Source of the DNA: Macrostomum lignano
Taxonomy: Eukaryota
Assembly (NCBI GenBank): GCA_002269645.1
Contig: NIVC01000129.1
Coordinates: 728,755-792,754 of the forward strand
DNA: 64,000 bases
Reading direction: 5' to 3'
The notes under the pieces were generated by a model. That model saw only the letters and a program-made list of their open reading frames with translations, ran no database searches and was not told where the DNA came from. Below, piece after piece: positions 52,692 through 64,000 of the stretch. How positions within the stretch are numbered: position 1 is the first letter of the stretch; each line of letters opens with the position of its first letter. The position numbers and the translations under genes were made by a program.

Positions 52692-55552
52692 TTAAGAAGC
52701 GTTACCTAGAGAGCTCGGACTCTTCAGCCTGAAGTTCAGCCTCTCTTCAACTTCCTCAATCATGTCCAACTCTTTGTCCATTTTGATACTCAACGATCGC
52801 ATTCTAAGCAGGCAATGCTTGAGCTGCTCAGCGTCGCGCGAGAACTTGGCGAACAGGTACAACTCGTAGATGTCGTTAGAGTCCTCTTCAGAACACAGCT
52901 CCGAGTACCACTGCGACACGAGCTCGCCGGACCGTTCTGGGATGAGACACATGCTGAGAACTTTGAGAGCGGCGTCGAAATTGACAAAGTAGGCGAAGTC
53001 GAGCAGCAGGTGGCCCGGCAGCTGGTAGAAGCCGAAAGCCGACTCGTCGAGTTTTCCGGTCACGTGATCGGACAGGAACCCGAAGTCCAGCTTCTCATTA
53101 AAGTAGAAGCAGAACTTCCAAGCGCAGTTGCTAGTCTCCAGCTGATGGAGAACAATTCTTTTGGCATCGTCCACAGACTGGGGATGCTGGAAGTCGATGC
53201 TTCTCTTCGCTTGAATGCCTTCGGAATCTTTTAGCACCTGCCTGGCCGATGACAAACTGCCAAGCTTCAGGTGTAGCAGCACTCTTAGCACCGCTCTAAC
53301 AGTAGCGGCTGCTCTCTCCGGCAGAGAGTCGATGTCGCGACTAAGATCTTCGCAGCGCTCACCTGTGCAGCGCGGGTTGCCAATGTCGGCGAGAATTTTA
53401 AACAGCATGGGATAAATATCCTGATACCGGGCCAGCTGACCCGACTCAAGTTTTTTCGGCCGCTTGAATGGGGTGACGAGTTCGATGAGGCTGAACGGCT
53501 GGAACACGAACGGCGACTCCGAGCCAAGCCGCAGTGGCCGCAGCTGCTCGCTCATGTAGCTCGCCAGAATCGAGCGCACGTCGCGCCGCGCCGCCTGCAG
53601 GCAGCGAACGAGGGCTCGCCTGTCAGCGGCCGAGCCAGTCTTGAAGTACACCCAGGCATCCCGGATGAAGAAGTGCGGCATGCAGTTTGAGGCTCCGTAC
53701 TCTTCGCTCTCGATGACGAACTGCTCGAAACGGTGCAGAGCGGCAACGACCAGCCACTCCAGCCTGTCTGCCGTCCATTGCTCCTCGGGAATCTCGCACA
53801 CCAGATAGAACATGAGCGTCTTCGAGTGGTAGGACTTCAGCCCTTTAGCAGCCAATACTTGCTTGAATATGTACTTAACAAGCACGAATACCTGGCCCTG
53901 GCAGGTGCTCAGCTGTCGAAGAATCGCCTTCTCCAACGAAGTGCAACTGATGCGCATTTCCATCACGTCGGTGCATTCCGGTCGCACAGACCGGACGAAT
54001 TCCACTTCCGGATTAGCCGGAAATTCAAATCGCTTTGGCAGCTTTGACAGACTTGTGCGCAGCTCAATCGGGATGCAGCAGCTCGGCCGGAACGAGCAGA
54101 AGTCCATCGATGGCCGCACTCCCACGCCTATATCCGTCCTGCTGGGCTTGTCGCCGCACACGTCCGGCAGTCTGAGGAAGCCCTCCTCCAGCCTGTAGGT
54201 TGGCGCACCAGACACTTGCAGGAGCCCTCAACGTGCACCGGATTCCTCTGTTGCACGCTCATGTCAACATCGGAGCTGCTGGCCACGCTTCCGTTCAGGC
54301 GCTGCAGGCTGCTGCCCCAGCCATCGGCGAAACTTCCTGACGCTTTGCGCTTGTCGAATCGGTCGCGCAGCTCTGAGATGTTGCCCAGCTCAGCCAGGAG
54401 GTCCGCCGCCCCAGCCTGGAAGACTGCGCGGTGGCTGCTGTAGCCGGAGTCGAGCATAGCGCGATGGAGCTTCAACGAGAACTCTTCAGAGGACAGTTGA
54501 ACTGCCTGTTCGTTCAGCACCAACTCGAACTGGTAGAGTTTGCAAATCTTGCTGGAGTCGCAGCTCGGAGTGCCGTTCAAATTAACGATGAGAATCTGTG
54601 CGCAGCTGTGACTTCCGTGAACCTCCGCGACATCGAGAACTGTGCGACCCCTTGAATCAGTAGCTTTCGGGTCTAGCTTTCCGGACAGCAGCCTCATCGT
54701 TTTGCTGCTGTCATGCGTGGCGGCTACGTGCAGAGCTGTTCCATGATCACTGCTGCTGCTAATCACATCGTCCATGTTGTCCAGGAGTAGCTGCGCGACC
54801 GTGTGATGATCTCGCTGGCAGCTGTACATCAAAGGAGTGAACCCGTTCTTGTCCCGCGCCTCTAGCATCTGTCTGATCGTTTCCTTGACGCAGTTCGACA
54901 GCAAATACTGCGCAATCTCCAGGTGACCATCGCGACAGGCAAAGTGCAATGCGGTGAGGCCCCTGTACTGCGCGCAGGTCCTGTCCACGCCCGCACCCAG
55001 CAGCATCCGCACGATGGTGGCGTGCCCGGGTCTGGCCGACACGATCAGCGCCGTGGACTTGTTGCTGTTCCTGGCGTTGAGGTCAAGCGAACGCAACTTC
55101 AGTAGAGAGGCCACCAGTTTCTCGTGTCCCCTGCTAGCGGCCATTATCAGGGGGGTTGTGCCGTCCTCCCTGCTGAGGTTGCAGTCGATGCTGGGGTGGT
55201 CGATGAGCGCCTGGGCGAGCTTGACCTCGCCTTTGCCGACCGCGTCAACCAGCATCGGGCTGCTCATCCCGCCGGGTTCGTCCCGCTTCTGGTTGGGATC
55301 GGCCTGCCCGGCCTTGACCATGGCTTCGAGCTCGGCATAGTTTCTTGCCTGAATCAAATCAGCAACTGAGGACGCGTTCCGTTGCCAAGTGTCGCGTACA
55401 AGCCTTCTGTCGCTGCTGACTCGCCGGAAACGGAGCCGCTTGGACTTGCGGTGCACTGCCAGCCCGATGAGAACTGTCGCCAGAGCGACAGCTGCCAGCG
55501 CAAGCGCTAGCAGTTGCGAAATTTCCAACACCGCCGCTTCAGTTTGTGACAT
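52692..55552 (-). CDS. Putative transmembrane + ankyrin-repeat + Mab-21/cGAS-like nucleotidyltransferase (cGLR-like) protein, interrupted by one frameshift near 54215
   Basis: ORF 54128-55795: hydrophobic helix LLALALAAVALATVLIGLAVH, about 7 ankyrin repeats (TPLIMAASRG, TALHFACRDG, TPLMYSC, TALHVAA), then SGSFADGWG...SDVDM (NTase GS..DxD). Overlapping ORF 52692-54215: MRISCTSLEKAIL, VLVKYIFK, LKSYHSKTLMFY, CMPHFFI (Mab-21 C-terminal motifs). Likely start ATG 55552 (or 55618). Confidence 0.72.
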
Positions 55553-56479
55553 GATGTGACGCTGGAACTGGGACCCCTTCCCGTGGATTTGCCCTGGACA
55601 GTCGCCCCCCCCCCGCATGTGTCTTTTGTACCCTGGCCCCGTCCCAACCGCCTGTGTTGATATAGTAGGTACTATAAATATGTCGATCATTGCCAGAAAT
55701 AGCAGTCGAGAATAGCCGATAATTGCGTCTATAGAAACTGTAACAGTAGGAACTAAAAAACTGTATAAGGTACAACTGCAGTTGTCATCAATCATTGCTA
55801 ATTATTTCGCATTTCTTGCCGGAACAGCAAATCACAAGCAGCATGTTATCAGTGCAGGCACCTCTAGGAAAGCCCGGCCTTGATAGCAAGATAGCAAAAC
55901 GAGACAGACGAGGCTTAATGAGGGGAGTGGGAATCTTCTGGGCACTGACAAGCCCAAAAGCAGTTATTTGTGCATAAATAAAAAGCTAGGATAAATAGAA
56001 GTGTAACTGCACTAGGTCGTGATAAAAAATCGATGCACAGATTGAAGGATAAATGCAAAATCACTAAGAATGAATCGAACATCTTCTCCCCTGCAGCATT
56101 GACGCAGAGACAAATTGCAGACGCATTTTTTGCTACGCCACCTGCTATTCCTCCTTCTGCCACTGCTGGGACACCAATTTCATGAAAGTTGCAATTCAGA
56201 CCAAGCTGAAGCAGGCAATCTCTGAATGCGATGCTGATTTCAATGGATTTGCCAGCGAAGCCGATTCTTGACGCGAACCTGGGAGTCTCCCAGTTCCTAC
56301 CCAATTGACATTTTACATGTAAGAGTGAAAAATAAAGGGAAAATTGAAAAGATTCCTAAGACGCTCATCTGCATGTGAGAAGTGGCTTTTCAGGCTTCGC
56401 CTCGGAGATTCTGCATAGACAGTCTCCTCGTTTCAGTAGGTTATTATACATTAGATGAGGTAATTGAGTGTGTGTGGCG

Positions 56480-56590
56480 ACCATCCAGTCCTTGGACTGA
56501 ACAGCCGTACGCAGCCTTCAGATGCACCGCGTTGGTTGCACATGTGCCCACTAGGGCAGGTACTCGTATAATTCAGTATTAATTAATCAC
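56480..56590 (+). repeat. Dispersed repeat family B, copy 2
   Basis: Shares about 40 identical bases and a downstream GCCC..GGGCAGGT hairpin with 19091-19222. Confidence 0.6.
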
Positions 56591-57352
56591 TTCAACTAAA
56601 ATCCACTTGTCGTATATTAATTAAGTATAAAAGAGTATTTTTTGTTTCTAGTTTCGGTACTTTAAAAATCCTGGATCAGCCACGTGTTTATTTATGATTA
56701 AAAAGGTATTTGGACCATTCGGTAAAACATACTACCGTTTAGTAGTAGCCTCAAACGCGTGTTAACTTGTTTTTTTCTATCTTCGTGCAGTGTGTATGTG
56801 ACGTTTTCAGTGAAGTTTCATAGCATACCCATTCAGACTTGTGGGCACCGATGCATGTGCAGTACAAGGACTACAAAAGTAGAAGGACGCAGCTATGTCT
56901 ATGTTAATTTATTATACTACGTTAAATTGCACATGTCCTGTGCCTAAAAATCATGAAAACCGCTCAGCTGATTGGTTTTATGGATCTTTAAAACCAAAGA
57001 TTGGAGCTGTGTCATGCACTTTTATGATTTTTAGGTACAGGAAGTGTATTTTTGTAGTGTATTAGTGTAGTGTAGTGTAATCTCTGTAGTGTATTTTTCA
57101 GCGAAAAGTGGCCTTCAAAGCTTTTTCCATGAAACGTGAGTGTCGCGTCCTGTATATACGTTGCTTTAGTTGTCCTTGGTACAGTACGGTATCATGACTA
57201 AATATTTTCTAAGCGATATGAAAATAAAACTATGATGAATATCGATCGATTGATGTCTGACAGAGCCATCTGTCGATCAAGTTTAAGCAGCATCCTGATT
57301 GATGTGTCAGGCGAATGCAGCCGATTTTTTCAATACCGCCGCCATTCCTTGT

Positions 57353-57733
57353 CTACAGGCCCGCCTTGAAGACCACAACGTTGTAGGGCGGATAATTGAA
57401 GGTGCCGAAGGTGCCGTCTTCGTGCCCCACGTGGCTGAAATGCAGAACAATTGGACATTGGACACTTGCTGTCTGTCAGTCAGTCAGTCAGTCAGTCAGT
57501 CAGTCAGTCAGTCAGTCAGTCAGTTAGTTATTCAGTCAATCAGTCAGCACTCACCAGGCGTAGCTTCGTCCCACGATGACGTGCCAGGTCGGGGACAGCT
57601 GGTTGTCCATCCTGCTCTTCAAGAACTGCGCTATCTCGCCCTCGTCCTTGGAAGAGTTGCAGGCCTGCGTCAGCAAGGACTGGATTGTGTGCCGGAATTC
57701 GACACTGAGTTCTTTCCTTATGGGTCTCTCCAT
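57353..57733 (-). CDS. Dynein light chain LC8-like protein A, 2 exons, 86 aa
   Basis: Exons 57733-57555 and 57434-57353 (phase 2 intron containing a 4-bp microsatellite). IAQFLKSRMD...PTWHVIVGRSYACHVGHEDGTFGTF...VVFKAGL is the LC8-family signature. Confidence 0.88.
57475..57548. repeat. (CAGT)n microsatellite in the LC8-like A intron
   Basis: About 12 perfect units, then a degenerate tail. Confidence 0.95.
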
Positions 57734-58461
57734 GACTAATCAGGTTTTCCAACAGCGGCTTGTATTCCCAACCTGGGCTGGTGGATGACCTCTGGAATAA
57801 TCCTGTGGCGTTTTAATTTATAGCAATCAAACCAGATGCACCCGATGACCCCGAATAAGCCTGTCTGTCTGAGCAGAAGAGAACTGGTTTAAGAAATTGC
57901 TCGGAAATTACAGTAAAAAAACTCAACCCAGTCTCTCTTAAAAGCTGCTGCAGCCTTCGTTTGTGCTTTTGTCTGCTCAGCCAGACAGGCTTGTCTACTC
58001 CAGTGGACAAAACAAGTCCATTGTGCCAGTCAATGAGAGCAGATGAAGCTCTGAGAAGGTTTGATATTTCTCTGCTTCGAGGGCAGTCGCTTCTGCATGA
58101 GCAGCTTGCCTGCTGGGTTGTTCGGTGCGTTGGTGGTTATTGTAATAAAATTCTGTGCACTTCTGTTTCTCTGGTACGCTGCGGTCACTGATTTCAGTCT
58201 TAGATTTGCGCACTGAAACTGGCGATGGATGAGCACTGTCTGACGAGATGAAGAAGACAGAGCCGCTGTACACCCTATGTGAGCGTGCAGCGTTGCTGCG
58301 AGTCGATGAAGCCAGTGACGCTGCATCGATTCAGACAGCTTTGATAACAAGTTTCCAAGTCTCTGGAACTCGCTGACCCATTAAGCATGGGAACTGGATA
58401 CCCGCACTGACAGAGTGCTCTGTGTCCTTCAAATTGTTGTGCACGCAAGTACACTCTAAAG

Positions 58462-58705
58462 CAGGGGTCGGCAAACGTTTTTACTTCAAGGGCTTCAAGG
58501 GCTGGATAGAGAATTTAGTGCATGACTGCGGGCCAGATGAGAGGAGAGGAGAGGGAGAGGAGGGAAAAGAAGAGAGGTTATTAGAGAGAAGAGAGCTGAG
58601 AAGAGACGAGCCGCACTGCTATTGTGAAGTTCCAAAGGTACCGAGGGCCGGATGGAGAGGTTTCGCGCGTGGTATTTGACCCGCGGCCGGAGTTTGCGAC
58701 CCTTG
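58462..58705. mobile_element. Non-autonomous hAT (Charlie-type) MITE, 244 bp
   Basis: Terminal inverted repeats CAGGGGTCGGCAAAC / GTTTGCGACCCTTG; 8-bp TSD CTCTAAAG (58454-58461) / CTCTAAGG (58706-58713), fitting the Charlie NTCTAGAN-like target. Confidence 0.85.
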
Positions 58706-58949
58706 CTCTAAGGCTCAGTCCCACTGCCATCGAATGAGCCACCAGATCACACGGCCAATGTACAAAGGAATCAATTTTGATGCACAAGTTGTGTGTGATC
58801 ACACAAAGATTGGCCTTACTTGATCTCGGTGTGAACGATCAGGCCTTAACCCCCCACCATTGCGTTTGGTTAACTTTTAGCCGCTTACCCCCCTTCCCCC
58901 CTTGAGCCATTTGCGTCACCCAGTGTCACCCCCTAGTCTACCTTGCATT

Positions 58950-59580
58950 CTCTACCCAGCGCTTGCTCTGATTGGCCGGCTGTGGAGACGGTCCTCAACC
59001 GTCGAGGGCGCCCAGCGACAACTGGACAGCTGGTTGCTGTTGCGGCAAGTGTCGGTCTTGTTGGGCCATTTTGTGCCGAGGCGCATGCATAGACAGGCGA
59101 TGGATCGAGCTTCCGCAATGTGAACAGTTCGTCTACCTCGGCGGTCTGGTTCTCAGCGTCTACGAGAATCTGCGGCGTCGCCGGGCTTGCCTTTAGTTCT
59201 GTGAGGGCGGCCGTGCAGCCCGAGGCCCTACCTGACCGTCAGAGGGCAACGTTACTCCAGGCGGTGGACGAGATCCCGTCCTGGTGTACAACCCTGAGAC
59301 CTGGACGCTGACGGACTAGCTAGGTCCGAAAGGACCTGTTGGGCCCGTCGGCGACCCCAGCTCGCAGGCAACATCATCCACGCCGAGTCGTACCGCTCAC
59401 AGCCGAGGCAGGAGGTGCTGCTGCTGACGCTGCAAGCACCCTACCGGCAAGGACAGCCGCGCACTCGGCGTTTCGTCGACATCCTGCTGGGCTGACGCCG
59501 GCGCCCCAAATTCCATCGGCGACGCGGCCTTTGTTCGTGACCTGGCCCAGAGGCGCGGCCCTTGACGCTGCCATCTAAGG
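58950..59580 (+). mobile_element. CpG-rich fragment of an RTE-like LINE (post-RT region)
   Basis: IELPQCEQFVYLGGLV...LRRRR and RATLLQAV...YNPETWTLT resemble the 40310-40510 part of the decayed LINE. Confidence 0.6.
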
Positions 59581-60039
59581 ACTCTCACGAGTATTTTGTT
59601 GTCTGATGTCTGACCAACAGCTAGCTGATTTATGTGGCTCGACGCTCTCTCCTCCACACTGCAGCCGCGAACTGATTGAAAGTGAGTCTTCTTCCCGTAT
59701 TATTCCTTTTCGGGATCACCCGACGCGATCCTCCGCTCAAGTTTCGAAGTCAGTCCGGCTAGCGGGCTGACGCAAACGCAAGCTCGTCCGCTGGGAGAGC
59801 TGGGCAACTCTGTTAGTAGACGACGTTCGGATCACGCCGTCACAACACAATCTGCAGGTAGCAATAGCAGTCCAGTCGCATGCGCAGAGTGGGGGCGACG
59901 AGGGGTCGCGTCCCCTTCCCTTCCCAACTGTTACCCAGAAAAAAACTGCGTTCCTCCAAATATTAACTGAAACAGGTAGCCAAGCTCGACGAATGTCAAG
60001 AGCTCAACTTTTGCCCAAGAGACAGGGGTAGGGTCTCCA

Positions 60040-60285
60040 ACCAAGAGACAGGGGCGTCCACCAAGAGACAGAGGCGCCCACCAAGAGATAGGGGCGTCCA
60101 CCAAGAGACAGGGGCGTCCACCAAGAGACAGGGGCGCCCACCAAGAGATAGGGGCGTCCACCAAGAGACAGGAGCGCCCACCAAGAGACAGGGGCGACTA
60201 CCAAGAGACAGGGGCGTCCACCAAGAGACAGGGGCGTCCACCAAGAGACAGGGGCGTCCACCAAGAAACAGGAGCGCCCATTAAG
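60040..60285. repeat. 20-bp minisatellite (CCACCAAGAGACAGGGGCGT)
   Basis: About 12 copies. Confidence 0.92.
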
Positions 60286-61242
60286 ACACCAGATATTGGC
60301 GCCCCTCAGAGTTGCGGCCCCTCCAATTAAAACTACGACGTAGGCACTGTAGCAGTATAGCTAAGATTAATAAACTGTATTACACGACATGTCTGTGAAC
60401 AAACAAACATGTTTAAAACTTTGATTTCCATGTATTATTGAGAAATTGCAGCCTCTTGCCGACAAAACAAATTTAAAAGGCAGGTCTCTCTCTTCTGGCG
60501 TATGCGTTTGCGTAAGCAGCATTAGTCAAAGCATTCAAAATGCTAGATAGCGCTAGTAAAAAGCTTACTGTGTCCACTGCACTCGCACCCACCCTACAAC
60601 GATGCAAATGCATTTTTAGCTTGCTTGGGCGGCTCTCTTGCTGAGCTGTGCCTTCAGCATGTTTGCCCAGCCGTGCCCTGCCGTGCCCCGAGAGACGCAG
60701 AACAATAGGCCACTCTGCATATGGTAGCTTTATCCACGAAAATATGCAAACGCTCGAATAGAATTTCATTCTCTCCTCCATCTTCAGGCAAGTTGGCACC
60801 CCCGTCAAATTTGCATTCTCAATGAAGAAGCTTCTATTCATTGACAAGAGCGAACTCAAAGCCCCCACCCAGCCGCACTAAAAAACAGCGGCTATTGTGG
60901 CGGGCACAGAGACAGCTCTGCAGCATGCACCCACTCGCATTCTTGAGGCGGTGGTCAAGTCCTCAGAGAGTCTGGATGAATGCCGCTCCAGCCGCACAAG
61001 CCAATGGCGCGGCTCCCCGGGAGTTTAGCTGCAGCTAACCACGCGGCCCTAAGCCCCTGGCAGCATTGGAGTCTGTGCGAATCTCGCCAACCAATTAACA
61101 GGCAGATCGCGAAGCTAATCCGCTAACTCCGTCAGCCTACTTAAACGCCAACTGGGGGTGCGCCGGGTCGCCCCGCCGGAACGCCACTTCTCATCTGAAT
61201 CTCGTCAAAAGAGCTACAAAACAGCAACAACAACAGCAAGCC

Positions 61243-61599
61243 ATGGAGCTGAACCGCAGCGATCTTAACGAGGACGTCCGTCGCGCTATCCAGGCCATCG
61301 TCAACGAGGTCTGCTCCGTCCACAAGGACGAGGACGCCGCCGCGCAGAACATCAAGCGCAAGCTGGACGGCCAGCTCGGCTCCACCTGGCACGTGATTGT
61401 CGGCCGCAGCTATGCCTGGTAGGTTCAGATCGAATAAGACGACGCAAAACCGCAGGCAAACAATTTGAATAAAATTTAAAATAACGAATTATTTATTTTC
61501 TGCCATTCCAATTGCAGTCACGTTGGTCACGAGAAGAACACATTCGGCGTGTTCAAAAGCGACAATCTAAACATTGTGGTGTTCAAGGCGGGCCTGTGA
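61243..61599 (+). CDS. Dynein light chain LC8-like protein B, 2 exons, 85 aa
   Basis: Exons 61243-61418 and 61518-61599. AAQNIKRKLD...STWHVIVGRSYACHVGHEKNTFGVF...VVFKAGL; same intron position as paralog A. Confidence 0.88.
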
Positions 61600-61879
61600 A
61601 CTTCCGGAATTATAGATTATTCGATGAACAACTGAAGTCAGCTCGAGAGGTACCGGGAGTCTCGTAGAAATATATTTGTTAAAACTAATTTGAATTCGAT
61701 TCTAAGCCATTTCAAATCGCCGCAGTAGTGCGAATATTAACACTCTCCCATTTAAATAAACTTAATTTTTAACAACAATTATCTAGTTAATAAATAAACT
61801 ACATTTCAAATTATTAGGGTTAATTCAGTTATTTTGTTATTTTCATTTATTGCCATTCTTCTCTCAGCTATTGATGGCG

Positions 61880-62180
61880 TTACAAAGCGTTTTACAGACT
61901 TTGCAGACTTTTACAGACTGGCGTTACAGAGCACATACAATAAGCGTGCCAATACTGTACACAGGCACGCACTCATACGAACGCTCACACAGGGTGTACA
62001 GCGACCCTGACATTCTAATCGTCATGCGTGTACACTCTGTGTCTTGGGGTTGGTCGGCATAGGTTTGAATCGCACGACAATTAACCACCTTCCAATTTTT
62101 GGTGCACAAACTCAAAATGAATGTCGTAATCGAACCATTGGCTGTGGAGTCACGGAGGGAGTCACAGAGTCACGGAGCTC
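61880..62180 (-). mobile_element. tRNA-derived SINE, family A copy with L2-like tail
   Basis: Minus strand has GGTTCGATT (B box), shared body CAGGGTCGCTGTACACCCTGTGTGAGCG, and tail CTGTAAACGCTTTG. Confidence 0.6.
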
Positions 62181-62514
62181 CTGTTCCCCTCGAGAGGTGC
62201 GTTTCTTAATTTAGAAACAGGGAAGATTTTTGCATTTTTTGGTTTACAAACACTTAAATACCACTAAAAGTAGAAATACGAGAAAGCTAGTTTTTTAAAA
62301 CGTTAAATCCAAAGAATAGCAAAAAGAAACAATATAAACTGTACCCTTTTGTCTATGGTTCTCGGCAGTAAGACTTTCGGCAACAACTCAAATTGTTTGC
62401 CGGCTGTTTTAGATTGTTTCAGGAAAATTAACGGAAACATTTGGCTATATAGAAAAGAATCGGAACATGGTTAAGACCAACAACAACTGAAGCAACGAGA
62501 AGGAGTAATTTGTT

Positions 62515-62925
62515 CCTCCGGTAATGATTCTCCGGTAATGATTCTCCGCTAATAATTCTCCGGTAATGATTCTCCGGTAACGGTACCAATTCTCCGGTAA
62601 TGATTCTCCGGTAACGGTACCAATTCTCCGGTAATGATTCTCCGGTAATGACTCTCTGGTAACGGTAACGATTATCCGGTAATGATTCTCCGGTAATGGT
62701 AATGATTCTCCGGTAATGGTAATGATTCTCCGGTAACGGTACCAATTCTCCGGTAATGATTCTCCGGTAATGGTAATGATTCTCCGGTAATGGTAATGAT
62801 TCTCCGGTAATGGTAATGATTCTCCGGTAACGGTAACGATTCTCCGGTAATGATTCTCCGGTACGCTCGTAATGATTATCCGGTAATGATTCTCCGGTGC
62901 GCTCGTAGTGCTTCTCCGGTAGTGA
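62515..62925. repeat. 14-20-bp degenerate minisatellite (ATTCTCCGGTAATG)
   Basis: About 22 units. Confidence 0.9.
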
Positions 62926-62959
62926 TGTTCACCTGGCGATTGACGGATGGGGATTCCAG

Positions 62960-63240
62960 GTGCCGTTGAATGGGCGCACGAAAACAGATTAGAAACATCG
63001 GTGCGTAGTATGTTCCATCCTGCTTTCGAAGAGACGAATAGAAAAGCGTCTCGGATAATCGTTCAGGAATCGATCCAGTACGCGCTGAAACTCCTGGCAG
63101 AGCCCAGCAGCTAGCTTCTCATTGAGGAACTGGCAGAACCTTGTCACTTGAAGTTTTCGGCGAGTCTCGGTCGATTTCGGCACAGATTCATTCTCAATCC
63201 GGTCTAGCATTTGCAGATCTTCGCTAGTCTTCTAAGGTAG
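62960..63240 (-). pseudogene. Probable Crypton/DUF3504-like tyrosine-recombinase N-terminal relic
   Basis: SEDLQMLDRIENESVPKSTETRRKLQVTRFCQFLNEK...LDRFL resembles the N-terminal region of Crypton-type proteins; in-frame stops flank it. Motif resemblance only. Confidence 0.4.
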
Positions 63241-64000
63241 CGCTTCGGTACTGCACGACGAATCCAAGTTGTTAATCTCCTGAACAAAGCGATTGCTCGA
63301 CTCTCGGGTGACAGAAGCCAACTAGTCCGTGGAGAGACCACATATTTCTCCGCATATATCTTTACATTGGTCTCATAAAAAATCTTTATTCTTCAATTTC
63401 ATTTTGTTCACCAGTCTCTCAACGAAGACTAAATTTGCCTTCACGGCTTCACTCTGCCAGCGTAAAATATTTGACTGGTTCGTTGAATTTATTTGTGGGA
63501 AAGCTAACGCTCTAAGGAATATGTACTCACGATATAGATAATTCATATTTATATTAAATTATTTCAAAAATAAAGTAAAAACCTAAAAAAAACTATGCAA
63601 TTAGCGAAAAAACTTTTTTCTTAATAGAAAACACAGAAAAATTTCCAGTCTCTAACTCAAGAAAGTTTCTTGATTGTCTTGTACAAGAACTAACGAACTT
63701 TATTATTTATATGCATTACATGCATACGTCTTAAGCTAGTAAAGTTTAGTGGATGTGAAAATTTATTATTATTATTATAATCTATATATGTTCAATATAT
63801 ATGTAAATATACAAATAAAATTAAGGCTAGATTCGACAAGAGAGATTTGAAGGTCGACTTTTCTGAGAAAAAAATCACGATAAAAACAGAATTAGCTAAT
63901 CAGTATATTTTCAAGGCTACGTAAAAAAATTCGAATATTATGTTGATCTCCTAAAATGTAGTTATAGTTTAATTTTTTAGGAAAAATTTGCCTCGATGAC

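Noticed and set aside
56098-56270. Peptide ATCYSS...KLKQAISEC...NGF resembling a HECT C-lobe end
   Set aside because: Short, needs frameshifts, and no upstream HECT exons are visible.
57830-58420. GC-rich segment with short ORFs upstream of LC8-like A
   Set aside because: No identifiable domain; probably a TE remnant but unsupported.
59870-60350. Possible MITE enclosing the 20-bp repeat
   Set aside because: Terminal inverted repeats and TSD could not be defined convincingly.
60473-60868. 131-aa minus-strand ORF
   Set aside because: No recognisable motifs and no splice or codon support.

Overview
Eukaryotic (metazoan) genomic DNA. GC- and CpG-rich exons, GT-AG introns filled with minisatellites, and AG acceptors just upstream of start codons resemble a free-living flatworm such as Macrostomum (inference from sequence style only). 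Supported genes: TRMT10A-like tRNA methyltransferase (+), a divergent 4-exon SAMM50/Omp85-like beta-barrel gene with no ATG of its own (+), DNAAF3 (+), a small PH-domain protein ending in CaaX (+), RNF41 (-), intronless RPS11 (-), a WW+BAG co-chaperone (BAG3-like, -), PDHB (+), a membrane-anchor + ankyrin + Mab-21/cGAS-like nucleotidyltransferase gene split by one frameshift (-), and two head-to-head LC8-like dynein light chains. Two AT-rich, CpG-depleted domains (about 1-8.2 kb and 36.2-47.7 kb) contain decayed transposons and an excess of TAGGCCTA. Other mobile elements: an RTE-type LINE relic, a mariner HTH fragment, two SINE families, a Charlie-type hAT MITE and a probable Crypton-like relic. 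More than 25 distinct tandem repeats occur, including a 5.7-kb TTAGGG-containing intronic satellite. Top leads: the TM-ANK-cGLR gene, a possible TRMT10A-SAMM50-like splice fusion, RFX half-site arrays in introns, and domain-restricted CpG decay. Exon structures were built by hand; repeat boundaries and copy numbers are approximate.
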